Program-made: the position numbers and the translations under genes | The notes under the pieces: model-generated | The model's input: only the letters and a program-made list of their open reading frames with translations | What the model was told of the DNA's origin: nothing | Databases searched by the model: none | Shown here: positions 1-13,176 of the stretch, piece by piece | Layout: every line of letters begins with the position of its first letter | Position numbering within the stretch: the first letter of the stretch is position 1 | Assembly: GCA_951406725.2 (NCBI GenBank) | Contig: OX597814.1 | Span: forward strand, 73,966,001 to 74,030,000 | DNA: 64,000 bases | Direction of reading: 5' to 3' | Origin: Octopus vulgaris | Taxonomy: Eukaryota

Positions 1-509
1 AGTGGCGCGGTAACCTACAAAATGCATAGCAACATTTCTTCTGGCTTTATGTACAATGCCCAAATGCCGCCGGGATCGATAAAAGAAGTACCAGGTGAGC
101 ATTAGGGTCAATGTAATCGACTTCAGCCCCTCCCGAAATTGCTAGTCTTGTGCCAAAATTTGGAACCAATATTCAATTGTTTTACATTCTTGCAAAATGA
201 TAATAATTTCAAAATTTGATGCAAGGCCAGCAAGTTTAGGGAAGGGAATGAGTCAATTACATCGACCCAAGTCCTCAACTCCTAGTGATCGATAAAATAA
301 GTCCAAGTACTTATTTTATCGATTGCTATAGGATGAAAGACAAAGTCGACCTCGGCGAAATTTGAACTCAGAACGTGAAGATGGTCGAAATACCACTAAG
401 CATTTTGGCCAGGCGTGCTAATGATTTTGTTGTCCGCCACATAGTAATAGTAATAATGATAATAATAAATTCTGGTTTGTAGGCCACAAGGGCTAACATA
501 AAAAAAAAA

Positions 510-1125
510 AAACATGCAAGGACAAAGATGACGAAAAGTACAAAGGGTTTTGCGAAAAAGAAAGGTCCCTGTAAACATTAAGAACAGCGAAAAATATAAC
601 AAATAAAACTCCCAATAGGGGGAGGCGCTTTGAAAGGTTACATGTGGAAAAACCCATAAAAGCCACAAGTGTAATCTCAGAATTGGTCTGTTCATACTGG
701 CCATTTTCTTCGCATTCACCCACCTTTCAATAAATTTGCTACAAGACAGCACTTCCCTCTCTACTCTCATCTTCCTTTTCAAGTAGAACTTGAAAAAGTT
801 GATGAGGCCTTGGCCAAATAGGAAAGTGTCTGACTTCAGCCCTTTCAAACAGGTCCACCATACCACCTCTTTCGCTACAGCCACTAGACAAAGGAAAATT
901 GCCTTGCACTCCCAGTTAAAGGAGGTCAGCGGTGCAATCTTCACTATGGATTCAGCGACAGTAGCTGTTCGACATAAACCCACAGGTCAGCAATACTGGA
1001 CGAGTGCGTGCAGAACGGTTTCGTCGTCCTGAGTACACCTTGGGCAGGCTCGGTTGGCAGCACTTCCGTACCGGTAGAGTTTATCTCGAACAGGCAGTGC
1101 CCCTCGGTAGCACTGATTATCCTTT
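510..1125 (-). mobile_element. 3' fragment of a Tx1/L1-like non-LTR retrotransposon ORF2 (zf-RVT region), degenerate
   Basis: Minus-strand peptides GALPVRDKLYRYGSAANRACPRCTQDDETVLHALVQYC (CxxC..E...H...C knuckle) and VAVAKEVVWWT...FFKFYLKRKMRVERE...RWV, broken by frameshifts. Confidence 0.7.
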
Positions 1126-1756
1126 CTATTGGAGACAAGGCCTAAAAATTTTTTGGGGAAGAGACTAGTCAATTACATTGATCACAGTGTTCCACTGGTA
1201 CTTAATTTGGTATTACTTAAGAAGAGTGGACCCGATGCATGCACCACACGCACACATGCTAGTCAGTAGACTAGTCAGCACCCACTATATAAAAAAACCT
1301 TCCACATGTATAAATATGTGTAAACTGTAAATCAGAGGGTGGGGGGGGATCTCTCTCTTTCTTATTAAACAAACAACCAACTGAATGAATGAAGATAAAT
1401 CAAATTTTGAAATTGAAATAAAATCTTACTCAAAAATAGTCATTAAGAAAAGTGAAAATAATGAAATAAAATGTTATTTACTAACTCAAAAGTAGTCGTC
1501 AATTCAAAAGTGAACCATTCTGAACGATGTTTTAGAATGTTCCGAAAACATTCAGCTCTAGTTTTCCCATATTTTTCCCTCCAAAGAATCTCATCTAGAT
1601 GGGATTCAATCATATTTGTATCAAACTCCCATCATACTTTTGAATCAGCTTCGGTCAGATATATCTCTCTATCTGATGTGTGTATCTGCACTAGCCAGGT
1701 CAACCAAACAGTTGATTTAATTCTTTGGACAAGCTAGTAGTCAGTGTATTCAAAAT

Positions 1757-2577
1757 GATCTATGATATTTTGCCTCACATTCAGAGTTTTGATGCTGTGT
1801 ATTTGTTTCTCAAGGAGAAGAATGTGTTGAATTGTATAACACCAAAATGCTCTTCTTGTAATAAGGAGATGAGCCTGATAAAATATAAGGAAGGAAAGAT
1901 TTTTTGATGCCCTACACACAAAGCTGAAAATGACTCCCAAGATTTTATTCTTCTGATGTATTTATGGTCCAGAAAAGTCTCCATAAATATCTCATGTGAT
2001 GTGGCAGGTCTTTCAGAAGCAACTGTGATACATTGGTATCAATACATGAGAGACATAGCAAGTCACCATCTTGTATGTAATCCCTACCAAGTTGGAGGAG
2101 TTGGGCACATCGTCGAAATAGACGAATCTTTGATGTGCAAAAGAAAGTATAATAGAGGCAGAATACCACAGGAGAGGAGGATGGGACAGAGAAGACAAAA
2201 TAGGATTTTTGGTGTTTGTGAATGATTGTTCCTCTGAAACTCTGCTCCCCCTTATCAAAAAGTATATAAAACCAGGAATGACTATCCATTCTGATTGTTG
2301 GAGTGGATACAATGGAATAGCTGAAATTGATATCGAACTACGGTATTCACATTTCAAAGTGAACCATAGAGAAAACTTTGTGGATCCAGTAACTAACATA
2401 CATACCAACTCAGTTGAATGTTACTGGAAAAATGCAAAAAGTAGATTCAAAAGTTTGATACAAATATGATTGAATCCTATCTAGATGAGTTTCTTTGGAG
2501 GGAAAAATATGGGAAAACTGGAGATGAATGTTTTTGGAACGTTCTAAAACATCTTTCAGAATGGTTCACTTTTGAAT
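1757..2577 (+). mobile_element. Merlin (IS1595/ISXO2-like) DDE transposase pseudogene
   Basis: CSSC...C zinc ribbon, then HIVEIDESLMCKRKYNRGR, TLLPLIKKYIKPGMTIHSDCWSGY, HFKVNHRENFVDPVTNIHTNSVECYW and SYLDEFLWRE across frameshifted ORFs; TIRs not identified. Confidence 0.9.
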
Positions 2578-2609
2578 GACGACTTGATCAACTTTCATAA
2601 CTAATCTAA

Positions 2610-3340
2610 TCTATATATATAGAAGCTTTGGGTCAAAATTGTGTACACATTTTGCTACGTCAGAGGTTGGCGGCCAGACCAGTGGTCGGATCGAGCTGAA
2701 AATTGACACAGGCATAGAAAGCGTGATGAGGCAGAGAGTTGAGTAGGTTAAAACTCGCCATCTGGAAAGATCGGTTGCTATGATGAGAAGAGTGATTTTT
2801 TTATCTTTTCAAGGGGGCTCTAAGCCCCTCCAGATTGGCGCGATTGGCATCTAATGCCCAACAGCTTGCGCTTTGGGCTGTTGTGCTTTATAATCATGCA
2901 TTTTGTTGCGAAATTCAAGCTACTAGGCAAAGATTTTTCGTTGTGAAAAAACAAGTGCTTTTTGCCTTCATTTTCTTTTAAATTTTTTTCTGATCACATT
3001 GTCAGCCTTTTCAGGAAAAAAATTACATCTGCATGTAGCCCTTGAAAAGGGCTATAATGCACATTTTTAGTCGATGCAAAATTTTGCTTTTAAGGTTGAA
3101 AAAGTTTGAAAATGAAACAAAAATGTTGAATTTTTCCTGGCACGTAATGCTTCAAATGACATCATCGCTGTGAGCTGCAACTTTGCTGCAAAAGCATTAT
3201 CGATTTTTTTTTTTATAGCTGCATAAACTTATTAAGCCACAGCGCTAGCAAGCTGCCGGTGACTAATCTTTTTATAAACGTGAAAGGATTTTGTCTATTT
3301 ATTTCTGCTGTCCTCTTACGACGGTAATTCAATTGACTAG
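2610..3340 (+). mobile_element. Possible non-autonomous Helitron-like element
   Basis: Begins a|TCTATATATATAG and ends ...gactag; internal ggatcgagctgaaaattgacaca resembles motifs in non-autonomous Helitrons; the 3' flank is G rather than the expected T. Confidence 0.35.
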
Positions 3341-4926
3341 GAAAACTACGTATACATGATGAATATCCAATACCAAACTATCTTAATCTACGTATTGAAA
3401 GTGCATTAAACTTTGGCAAGCTTACCATTACCTATTCTGAGTTACTTGAAAGGTGATGTCCCCTTCCCTCTCTTCTGTTTGTTGATACCTTTTTTTTTTG
3501 CCTTTGATACCGTTGTTTCACTTTAAGGATGCTTCTTTACCCATCCATTATGATATTTCGACTACTGTCCATTGTTTCGAATACGTTCTAGTATTGTCAT
3601 TCTAGCCTTTTTTAAACACTCACATATGGTTCGTCCCAAAGAATCAACCTTTAAATAAGAGTTTTGCTTCCACTAGCAAAAGCTATACGTATCTTTCAGG
3701 AAGCTCCATACCAGTTTAACTTTATGCAGCATTCGTTGTTAGTTTATGTGCATGCTATGTGGGAAGATAGAATGAAGGGGCTTTTATAAGCTTTTCTCTC
3801 TGAAAAAATAGCTCCCTTTGCATTTGAAAAACATAAACTCGCAGAGGGGAAGTTTCAACATTTTCCTTCAATTTCCTCACACCATTTATGTGGCTGTTTC
3901 TGACAAGAAATTTCGCTTTCATGTAAAACAACTATATTTTGTAGTCATTATCTGTAATCTACTCCCAAAACACTTCAGTAGCTCTACTTTACATCGCTTG
4001 CAAACTTATATGTTCTATGATCATTAAAAGTGCAATGACCTCCACAATAACCAGCCTTTAATTTGATTTTCCGTTCCTAGGTTAATCGGAAACAGATTGC
4101 TGTGCTACACATAAACCTTCTCGGTATTTTCAATTATTTGGTGAAAAAGATACCACGAAAGCAACTTAAACCGTCCAAGGGACGGTTGCGTTTGCTAGTG
4201 TATATTATTTCTAACACTGCCATTATTTTTGATTCACCTCCTTGCATTTTGATATTGAATTTTTTTAATATAAAGATTATTCAACTATATAATCATTGAT
4301 GTCTGCCGTATTTCAGTGTACAAATCTCAGGGATGTGATTTCATCTGCTTGTTGTGGCTGGCAATGGCTATCATGTTCCTTTTTAAAACATTATTACGAT
4401 AAATAACCAAAGCGAATACATAAAGTGTGTGAGTTTTTATGAAGTGTGTGTGGGGAAAGTCCCTTCCAAACACAATGTGTTTCGAGACACAATCTCTGAT
4501 AAAGCATTTTGCCAACTTCTATTTTGTGCGTCTTCTTCAATTTTTATCCAACAACTTAAGTTCAGCGATCTCAAAAGGTTGAGCATGTTAGCATTAATTT
4601 TCTTCAATTTGTTTTCCCCATTGCATGATTGGAAAAGATTGAGCCACTTCTGAAATTCTTGACATCATTTCCAACTTTTGGACATTTATCACACCTCATT
4701 TACACTCCAAAGTTCTATACCTTATTGATAACAGCTTCTTGGCTATGTTCAGGATTGAAAGTTCAAACTTTATGGACATCTTGGATCACATCCAGAAAAG
4801 GGTTGAGGAATGTTTTATGTGAAAAAGTTTATTCAATTTTAGATATTGTATAGCACCAGGTCAGCCCTGATTGAGCAAATCTATGATGAAAGGTGTTTAG
4901 GCATGATCATCCTGTATTTTACAGTA

Positions 4927-5414
4927 CAGGGTTATTCAAAAAGAATGAACTGATTTCATTATGCAATATTTTAATAAAGCAATAGAAAACTCCAACTAAG
5001 TCACAAGTATTTACTCACAATCAACTTTTATTCCCTGTCTTATGAGTGTTCAATGTGGTCACCACCTGCAGCATGGGCAACATAAATGCGATAAGAGAAT
5101 TCCTCTCAGACGTGTATCAGCATATCACGATCCACTGAGTACTTCTTTGGCTGTCTGGTTGAATGCTTTATCAAAGTTTTTCCATTTCCCTTCTATATCA
5201 ATATCTTCTGGAATGCTGATATGCATCTGGGAGGAATTCTCTTATTGCATTGATGTTGCCCATGCTGCAAGTGGTTGCCACATCGAACACTTGTAAGACA
5301 GGAAATAAAAGTTGATTGTGAGTAAATACTTGTGACTTACCTGGAGTTTCCTATTGTTTTTCCTTATTAAAATATTGCATAATGAAATCGGTTCATTCTT
5401 CTTGAATAACCCTG
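4927..5414. mobile_element. Palindromic Tc1/mariner-derived MITE with ~195 bp TIRs and TA target duplication
   Basis: TA|cagggttattcaa...ttgaataaccctg|TA; inverted arms extend ~195 bp and encode a transposase C-terminus (WEEFSYCIDVAHAASGCHIEHL*). Confidence 0.9.
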
Positions 5415-6187
5415 TATAATGAATGCAGGACTACATTATTCTGGATGTACATGTCTCCTTCCCATTTTAGTGCAAATAAATAAGAGAGATGTGTCATTCT
5501 TAGCCTTTCATTGGGGACTTTGTTACAGTGCACTGTCTCTTCTCAGGCCTCAAGTGTACTGTCTTCTCTCTCTACCTATTCTACCTCTATTATAATGGAC
5601 TATCTTCCTTGGAGCTAGCTAGGCTTGTCCCACTTTGATTCAGACATACATGTCCTACTCAACTCTCCTCTTCTCATCACCCTTGATGTTTTCAACCACC
5701 AAGAATGCACACTAATCACTACATCTAGTCTTTTCCATTCTTGCTCATTGTCTCTCTTGCGACCTACAGTGGATCATCTGAAGCACTACTCCAGAAGGTC
5801 TTGTGAAAGCCATGGGTACTGCCCCAACTTCCAGACTCAACAAGATTATTCAAAACATTTTGATTTGGATCCTGTGCAACTTCAAGTTTTGCTGGCCCCT
5901 AACAGAGTCTTTCTCCTCAAGTTGGTGGAATAACTAATTCAGCTATTCATGTAACTCCTAATAAGTGTGTTATATAGATGACTTCAATATAACGAAATAT
6001 AACAATCTGAAATAAATAAATGACTTGAAGCTACAGAAGACAATTACATCTGCTGAAAACTACTGTCTATTACATATTTTTGTCTACATTCTTCATGTTT
6101 GTCTTTCATATTTAATATTTATCCCTGACAATGTATTTAGCATGCTACTTTAAATACCCCAAAAAACAATTCTATTATTATTTTCAG

Positions 6188-6333
6188 TGTATTTTCCTAT
6201 CCTGTTCCTGAAGGTAAAAGTGCCCAACAAATAGTTGATAGCCTACAAAAACAGGTAGAGTTGTTGGGTGCTGTTAAAGCTGGCAATTTTTATGTTGATT
6301 GTGAAACATATCAGTCTACTCTTCCGAATACAA
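6188..6333 (+). CDS. MED20: Mediator complex subunit 20, first identifiable coding exon
   Basis: ttttcag|t...a|gtaagt; encodes [48 protein letters not shown], matching the MED20 N-terminus (PVAEGKSVQQ...GTFCVDCETY). Confidence 0.93.
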
Positions 6334-7984
6334 GTAAGTTTCATTTATATTACATTTTATATTGCTTTATGTAATATAAATTCAGTATTTTAATAACTGA
6401 GGAAAGTTTTGTGTTAAAAAAAGTTTCAGTTTTAGATATTATTTAGTATCAGGTTAGCCCTAATTGAGTAGATCTATAATGACAGGCATTCAAGCTAGGA
6501 TCATCTTGTTAATATTTTAAAGTATAACGAATGCAAGACTACATCATTCTGAATATACATGTCCTCTTCCCTTTTTAGTGTCAATAAGCAAGAGAGATGT
6601 ACTTTGGTATCTGTTTTGAAAGCTATAGATAAAGAATATAGATAAAAAATTAATCTTGAAGTTTCAAATAGAATTAGTTTATGGACACAGAAAAGGTTGT
6701 GAAGAGCTCCCATCACATCAATGTTTCTCCTCTAACTATTATTAACCTGAAAGAATTCATTATGTGCATTGATCCTAATGTTTGCTCAGGGTGCTATACA
6801 TTTTGAGGAATACTTGATGGATGTTTGTCTTTATTATTGACTCTGGAAAGATGAAAGACAAAGTGAACTCAAAGTGAATATATAGTAAATACTGCAAAAC
6901 ATTTTGTCCACTATAGTTCACTTCTTTATTTAATATATTAATTTCATTAATTCCCACCTAGTTATTCTAATCTTTCTAGGTTACCTGAAAACTTTATAGT
7001 TACTATTTTGCCTCAGGTTAATTAATTTGTTAACTTTGCATCCAGTAGTTTTTGTTAACTGTGTTGTATTATTGCATATAATCATTCTGTACTCAGTGCT
7101 TTCTTTTTTAAATATATGCTGTGCAAAAGTAGGTAACTCCTGGTGAAGTTATTAGATTAGAACGATGTGTTCAAAAGGGTTTACACATTTTGGGTAGAGT
7201 CAGTAAAATCTGCATACTTGAATGGTGCTTATCTAATCGATCTCTGAAAGTGGAATTGATATTCAGTGTATAAAAGAGATATTACTAACACCATATACTT
7301 TACTGATTCAGCCATCCACTGTATTTAACATTCAGACTTAAGCCTCTAAATCAACTTTATTTTGTAATTATTTTTTTTTTACACTAGATACATACTTGAA
7401 AGAGAAGTGGTAGCAGCTGCTTTCTTTGCAGGGCTCCAAGTCTTGTGAGGTTGTTGCATGTTGGAAAAATATAGGGAGGGAGAGAAGGCTACAGTTTTGG
7501 GAAAAGAAAGATTGAACAATGTGTAGTGAGACACAGTAAAGATGAGGGGAGATGGATATGTAAGCAAATACCTTCTTTTATAAAGATGCTAGAATGTTAA
7601 GTGTTATCTGGGCATTATAAATTGATTAGTGATAAAGGATGAGAAACTCAGAGAGTAACAAGCCGAGTGGTTTATATTGTTGTGTAGCTCCAGTTCAATG
7701 ATTATTGAGTTGTCTTGGGGGAAATAAGTTGACATTTAAGTAACTACATGCAACAACCACTGCTCCAGGTACACTATGTCTTCACCTAGTTAATGGCATG
7801 CTGTATACTTTTATATGCTATAGTTAATCATATGAGGTTTAGAATGGTACTCAACTTCCTAGAAGTAGGAGTTAAATGTTCCTCAACAACATCCCATCAT
7901 CTTAAAAAAATGAAGTACGTACTATTGTGGGTTGTATCAAAGTTGGAATGAAATCTATGAATTTGTTCTTTGGAAGGGGTAGAA

Positions 7985-8441
7985 CCATGAAGTAATGGGT
8001 TGAAGTGGTGAAGCATGATCTTCGAACATTGGGCCTCACGGAGGCAATAGCAAGTGACTGAGACCTTTGCTGATACACTGTGCTTAAGAAGATCTGTCAA
8101 ATCAAGTGAAATCATAGTCATGGCTGATGCCAGTATCACATAACAGGCACCCATGCTGGTGAGCATGTAAAAAGTACCCTTTAAATATTGGGCCTCATAG
8201 AGGCAATGACAAGTGAAATCCTAGTTCTGTTCAATGTTGGGGTCACATAACTGGCACCTGTGCTGGTAGTATGTAAAAAGCACCCATTACACTGTTGGAG
8301 TGGTTAACATGAGGTGGGGCATCCAGCCATAGAAGCCATGCCAAATCAGATTGGAGTCTGGTGCAGCCCTACAGCTTACCAGTTTCAATCAAACCATCTA
8401 ACCCATGCTAGCATGGAAAACAGAAGCTAAATGATGATGAT
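7985..8441 (+). mobile_element. 5'-truncated 3' end of the RTE family at 13.6-16.9 kb
   Basis: gaagtggtgaagcatgatcttcgaacattgggcctcac... and tail ...agcatggaaaacag...atgatgatga match the 3' end of the long copy. Confidence 0.75.
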
Positions 8442-8607
8442 TTCTCTTGAGTACACTTGACTTTACACTCGTAAAAAGAAGATATCAATTTCTCGGAAAC
8501 AATTTCTTGGAGAAATGTAAATTGCATCCTAATGATTGTGAGGGGTAAAATTTTGGATTATATCAGTAGTTAACCTAGTTATTTACAGTGTTGATTTTGT
8601 TTTCTAG

Positions 8608-8858
8608 CTACTCAACGTTTGATTCATATATTACACAACAGTGAACAACCTGCTACATGTTTTGCCATTCTAGACACAGGCAATTGTCTAGTAGCTGACA
8701 GTCAGTTTGATGTCCTCATGCAACGATTAAAGGGTTTCTATCAACAAAAGAAAGGATCTAAAATTGAATCTAAAGGTCAAAGATATGAATATGGAGATTT
8801 TCTCATCAAAATTGGGACTGTATTAATAGCATCAAGTGTCAAAGGTATCCTTGTAGAG
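8608..8858 (+). CDS. MED20: Mediator complex subunit 20, internal exon
   Basis: tttctag|ct...gag|gtaatt, phase-compatible with both neighbours; LIHILHNSEQPATCFAILDTGNCLVADSQFDVLMQRLKGFYQQKKGSKIESKGQRYEYGDFLIKIGTVLIASSVKGILVE. Confidence 0.95.
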
Positions 8859-9143
8859 GTAATTAATAATTTTATCATTATTTTTTTCTTCTATTCTTTT
8901 ACTTGTTTCAGTCATTTGACTATGGACATGCTGGAGCATTGCTTTGAAGGGTTTTAGTCAAACAAATTAACCCCAGGACTTACTTCTTAAGCCTAATACT
9001 TATTCTATTGGTCTCTTTTGTTGAACCACTGACTTACGGGGATGTAAGCACACCAATACTGGTTGTCAACAGTGATGGGAGGACAAACACAGACATAAAG
9101 ACACACACACACACTTTATTAAAAAGCAGCAAAGATATCACAA

Positions 9144-9187
9144 AAACTGTTACTCAGAGTTTCACATTTCTGTTCGTTGGACAGTTT
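9144..9187 (-). ncRNA. Degenerate type I hammerhead-like motif in a pLTR-type repeat (MED20 intron)
   Basis: Minus strand: aaactgt-ccaacga-aca gaaa tgt-GAAAC tc t ga GTA-acagttt; all three helices form but the core has U4C and G5A changes. Confidence 0.5.
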
Positions 9188-9957
9188 AGTTTAAAATGGA
9201 ACAAAATATGGTTATATGCATAAATATACAATTACTTTGATAGATACACATTTGAAAATGGTTTTGTTTTGTTGGTCCTTTCAATCAACAGTCTTTTCAA
9301 TAACTGGTTGTATGAAATTACAATTACAGTTTAAATCATATAAAAATTGAAGAAAATCTTAAATCAAAAATAGATTATGTAAAAGAAAAAAAGACCTGAA
9401 TAAATTAAAAGATATATCTATTTTAAAAAAAACCTTCCACAAAGAACTAACATCCTAAAATACATATACATTTAGCAATACATATACATACCGAACAACC
9501 TACATATACATATATACACTAAATATACTGGCATTGGTTCAAGGCTATTACATATACAGACAAATATAGGCAAAGCATAGATATGTACAAATGCATATTT
9601 ATATATCCATGTACACACACATGCACGTGCGTAGTACCTCCTGGTGTGTGCTTATACAGCTTAGTTGTTACAGGCGAGAGAAAGAAAACGAAAAGAAAAT
9701 CAGAGAATGGTGGGAGAAAGAAAAAGGGAAAGGAAGAAAAAAGAAATAGAAAATTAGAAAGAGAAAGAGAAAAATAGATAGAGATAGAGAGTAAGATGAT
9801 TTGGAAGTTGGCATTCCTAAAAAGTATCTAACGAATGTTAGATACTTCGTTCAGCTTGCAAATGTGTACATATAAAATGACATGCATATCTACATAAATA
9901 CAAACATACATACAAATACACACACATATAGACATGCATACAAATAAACATATGTAA

Positions 9958-10007
<50 letters not shown>

Positions 10008-10223
10008 TTACTTGTATCTGTGACGGCGTTCACCCAAAGTGGGTTGAGCCGGCTTCTTCTCTGGTCCTAACGGCATCACGAACCATGGTGGCCTACGCTC
10101 AATGCAGGCTACTGGTTTTAAATTGATATTAATCAAATTAATATTCGATTTTTCACCCTTATTATTTAAATGTACCCCCCACACACACACATGTATATAT
10201 ACGTGCATACATACATACATATA

Positions 10224-10261
<38 letters not shown>

Positions 10262-10346
10262 CATCAAGATAAATATATACACCATAACGTATATATGGAT
10301 ACAAACATATTATAAAACACTGTCTAGTACAATAAATTAATATAAC

Positions 10347-11462
10347 AGTAGCAGGGTTGGATGCTCTGAGTGTAGCTACTAGAATAAGAATACCCTGGGC
10401 GAAGTTCAGAGAGCTCCTACCTCTGCTGGTGACATAGGGCTTCTCGCTCAGAGTAAAAGGTAGACTGCATGATGTCTATGTGTGAACTGCCATGCTACAC
10501 GGCAGTAAAACATGGGCTGTGACTGCTGAGGATATGCATAAGCTTGCAGGGAATGAAGCTAGTATGTTCCACAGGATGTGTAATGCCAGTGTGCATACAT
10601 GACAGTGTAAGCTCCCTGAGAGAAAAGTTGGACATAAGAAACATCAGATGTGGTGTGCAAGAGAGACAACTGCACTGGTATGGTCATGTGTTGCATATTG
10701 ATGAGGACAGCTGTGTGAAAAAGTGTCACACCCTAGCAGAGATAGACCCAGGAAGACCTGGGATGAGGTGATGAAGCACGACCATCGAACGTTGGATCTC
10801 ACTGAGATGATGACAAGTGACAAAGACCTTTGGAGATATGCTGTGCTTGAGAAGACCAGGCAAACCAAGTGAGACCATAATCGTGGCCTATGCCAGTGCA
10901 GCTCACTTAAGAGTACTCTTCAATCATTGGGCAATAAACTGCGCTTGTGAAGACCTGTTGAGGCAAATGAAGTTGTTGTTACGGCTGATGACAGTACCAT
11001 CTTATTGGCACCCAAGCCGGTGGCATGTAAAAAGACACTATTCGAGTGTGGTCCATGCCAGTGCTGTCTGACTGGTCCCATGCTGGTGGCATGTAAAAAG
11101 CACCATTCTAACATAGTCATTGCCACTACTGTCTTACAGGCTCCTGTGCCAGTGGCAAATAAAAAGCACCATTCAAGAATGGTTGTTACCAGTGCCGCCT
11201 GACTGCTCCCATGCTAGTGGCACATAAAAAGAACCATTCAAGCATGGTCGATGCCAGTACTGCTTGACTGTCTCTCATGCCGGTGGCACTTAAAAGCACC
11301 CACTACACTCTCGAAGTGGTTAGTGTTAGGAAGGGCATCCAGCTGTAGAGACTTTGCCAGATCGGATTGGAGCCTAGTGCAGCTTTCTGGCTTGCCAGCC
11401 CTCAGTCAAACTGTCCAACCCATGCCAGCACGGAAAGCGGACGTTAAACGATGAATGATGAT
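10347..11462 (+). mobile_element. 5'-truncated RTE LINE copy (MED20 intron)
   Basis: Colinear with 15850-16950: LREKLDIRNIRCGVQERQLHWYGHV, the ~58 bp tandem 3' UTR units and a (gat)n-like tail. Confidence 0.85.
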
Positions 11463-11689
11463 AAATATATAAAAAATAAGTAAAAATGAATAAAAAATAA
11501 ACCTTGGCGAAACTCAAGTTTAAATTTCTAAAACAGTTGAAGGTTTTCTTAAAAGTCGGATGTAAAATATAAAATGTGAAGTCAAAATATGAACTAGCAT
11601 TGTAATACAAAAATTACTATATATAAGATGTAAAGCTAAATTCAAATGCGAATGTCAAAATTTTCCAAAAGTCAAAAAAGTTTTACTCA

Positions 11690-12150
11690 TGCGCTATTTT
11701 ATTGGTTGACATTTTGAACCTTGCCGGGTGCCAGCAGGAATTTATGAGCTCATGTCCCTGGTTTAATGCATGTTTATCCTGCAACAGGATAAAGAACTTT
11801 TCTGAGAGGCAAAGATTACATTTCATAGGTCTTCTACAAGCTCCATGTTTATATGGTGGTGCTTTTTCCAAAATTGTCCAGCTGATATTGAAAGGATGGG
11901 TGTCATTGTCCTTCAGTTGCCAGACATATTTTGCAAGACTTGTTGCTGTCCTATTCTTGGGGTATCGGAAAGAATTTTGGTGGGAATAAAAGCCCCTGTG
12001 TAAATTTTATATTTTTGCAAGCCATCTATTGCACTTTAGCTCTATAAACAATTCCTTTTTCAAGACATTTACCCTCTAACGGACAGCAAGTCTTTGCAAT
12101 TGTAGTTCCTCAGATTAGATTCGGCACTGTGGTTGCTTGTAATAATTTTT
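11690..12150 (-). mobile_element. Penelope-like element, GIY-YIG endonuclease/C-terminal fragment
   Basis: Minus strand CPLEGKCLEKGIVYRAKV...YTG...ATSLAKYVWQLKD...WTILEKAPPY...CNLCLSEKFFIL...LNQGHELINSCWH, the typical PLE endonuclease and terminal Cys/His motif. Confidence 0.85.
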
Positions 12151-12212
12151 GTGTTATGCTGATTAATAAAAGAGGTATGTATATATATATATATACATAT
12201 ACACACACACAC

Positions 12213-12370
12213 AATGGGCTTCTTTCAGTTTCTGTCTACCAAATCCACTCACAAGGCTTCGGTCAGCCCAAGGCTATTGTAGAAGGCACATGCTCAAGGT
12301 GCCATGCAGTAAGACTGAACCTAGAATCATGTAGTTGGAAGCAAACTTCTTACCACACAGCCACACCTGC
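12213..12370 (-). mobile_element. SINE copy (family also at 23364, 36173, 46492)
   Basis: Reverse complement of gtggctgtgtggtaagaag...ggttcagtc...agccttgtgagtggatttggtagac...gaaactgaaagaagccc, repeated through the window. Confidence 0.75.
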
Positions 12371-12966
12371 ATCTGTAAAATAAAATTGTTTCTGTTGTAG
12401 GAATATTGGATTTTCATTTGGTAATATTTTGTTTCAAATAGTTAAAATTTTTTCTTTGTAATTCCAACCCTTGTGAGTCAGTGTGGTTGTGGTAGACTGA
12501 AACTGAAAGATATCCTTTGTGCACACATATATGCACACACACACGCATGCACACGTTTCACAAAGTTGAAGTTCTAGAATTCGATGTAGTGTTTCATTCA
12601 GGATCTGAGAGATGGGACTTTTTAAACCTAGTATTTATTCTACTGGCCTCTTTTGTCAAACTGCTAAGTTACTGGGACACCACCACTGGCTATCAAGCAG
12701 TGGTGAGGACAAATAGAGAAGACACTAGCCCAAAGTGCCATGTTGTGGGACTGAACCCAGAATCATGTGTTGGGAAACAAACTTCTTACCATAGAGCCAT
12801 GCTTGTACCTACTAAAGCTGTTTAGGGTTTGTTTTGTATTGTGTTGTACTGTGTGGGAATTAAGTATTTTCTCTAGTTTTTATTGTATGTTTTATTGTAA
12901 CATTGTATTACATTTGTTTGAGAAGTTTTCCTTTTCATTACTATTGTTTCTCTTTTTTTTTATCAG

Positions 12967-13176
12967 GTGGAATATTATCCATGTGCCATAATCAACGATT
13001 GCTGGAATTTAATGAAAGAACTCATTCAAAGCGTAATGGGTAATATTTTAGACAATCCTCCTGCAACTTTAAAGAACAAGTTAACTTCAGAATACAGTCC
13101 GTCTGACACTGTGCAGCAATATCTTGAACATTTCAATGTTTTCCGCAAAAATGTCTCCACAAATCAGTCACGATGA
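12967..13176 (+). CDS. MED20: Mediator complex subunit 20, last coding exon
   Basis: Polypyrimidine tract + cag|gtg; VEYYPCAIINDCWNLMKELIQSVMG...YSPSDTVQQYLEHFNVFRK...* matches the MED20 C-terminus; AATAAA at 13180-13185. Confidence 0.95.
   Translation: MEYYPCAIINDCWNLMKELIQSVMGNILDNPPATLKNKLTSEYSPSDTVQQYLEHFNVFRKNVSTNQSR

Noticed and set aside
1164-3340. ctagtcaatt / aattgactag as Merlin TIRs
   Set aside because: Only 10 bp, and the left copy lies inside a SINE fragment; no target duplication
10015-10105. Hammerhead in a pLTR-like fragment (long stem then gaac-catgg)
   Set aside because: First core strand absent and GAAA/NUH altered; too degenerate to call
11015-11305. CRISPR-like periodic motif (taaaaagcacc)
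   Set aside because: Whole units are homologous with no unique spacers, there are no cas genes, and it is the RTE 3' UTR tandem in a eukaryote
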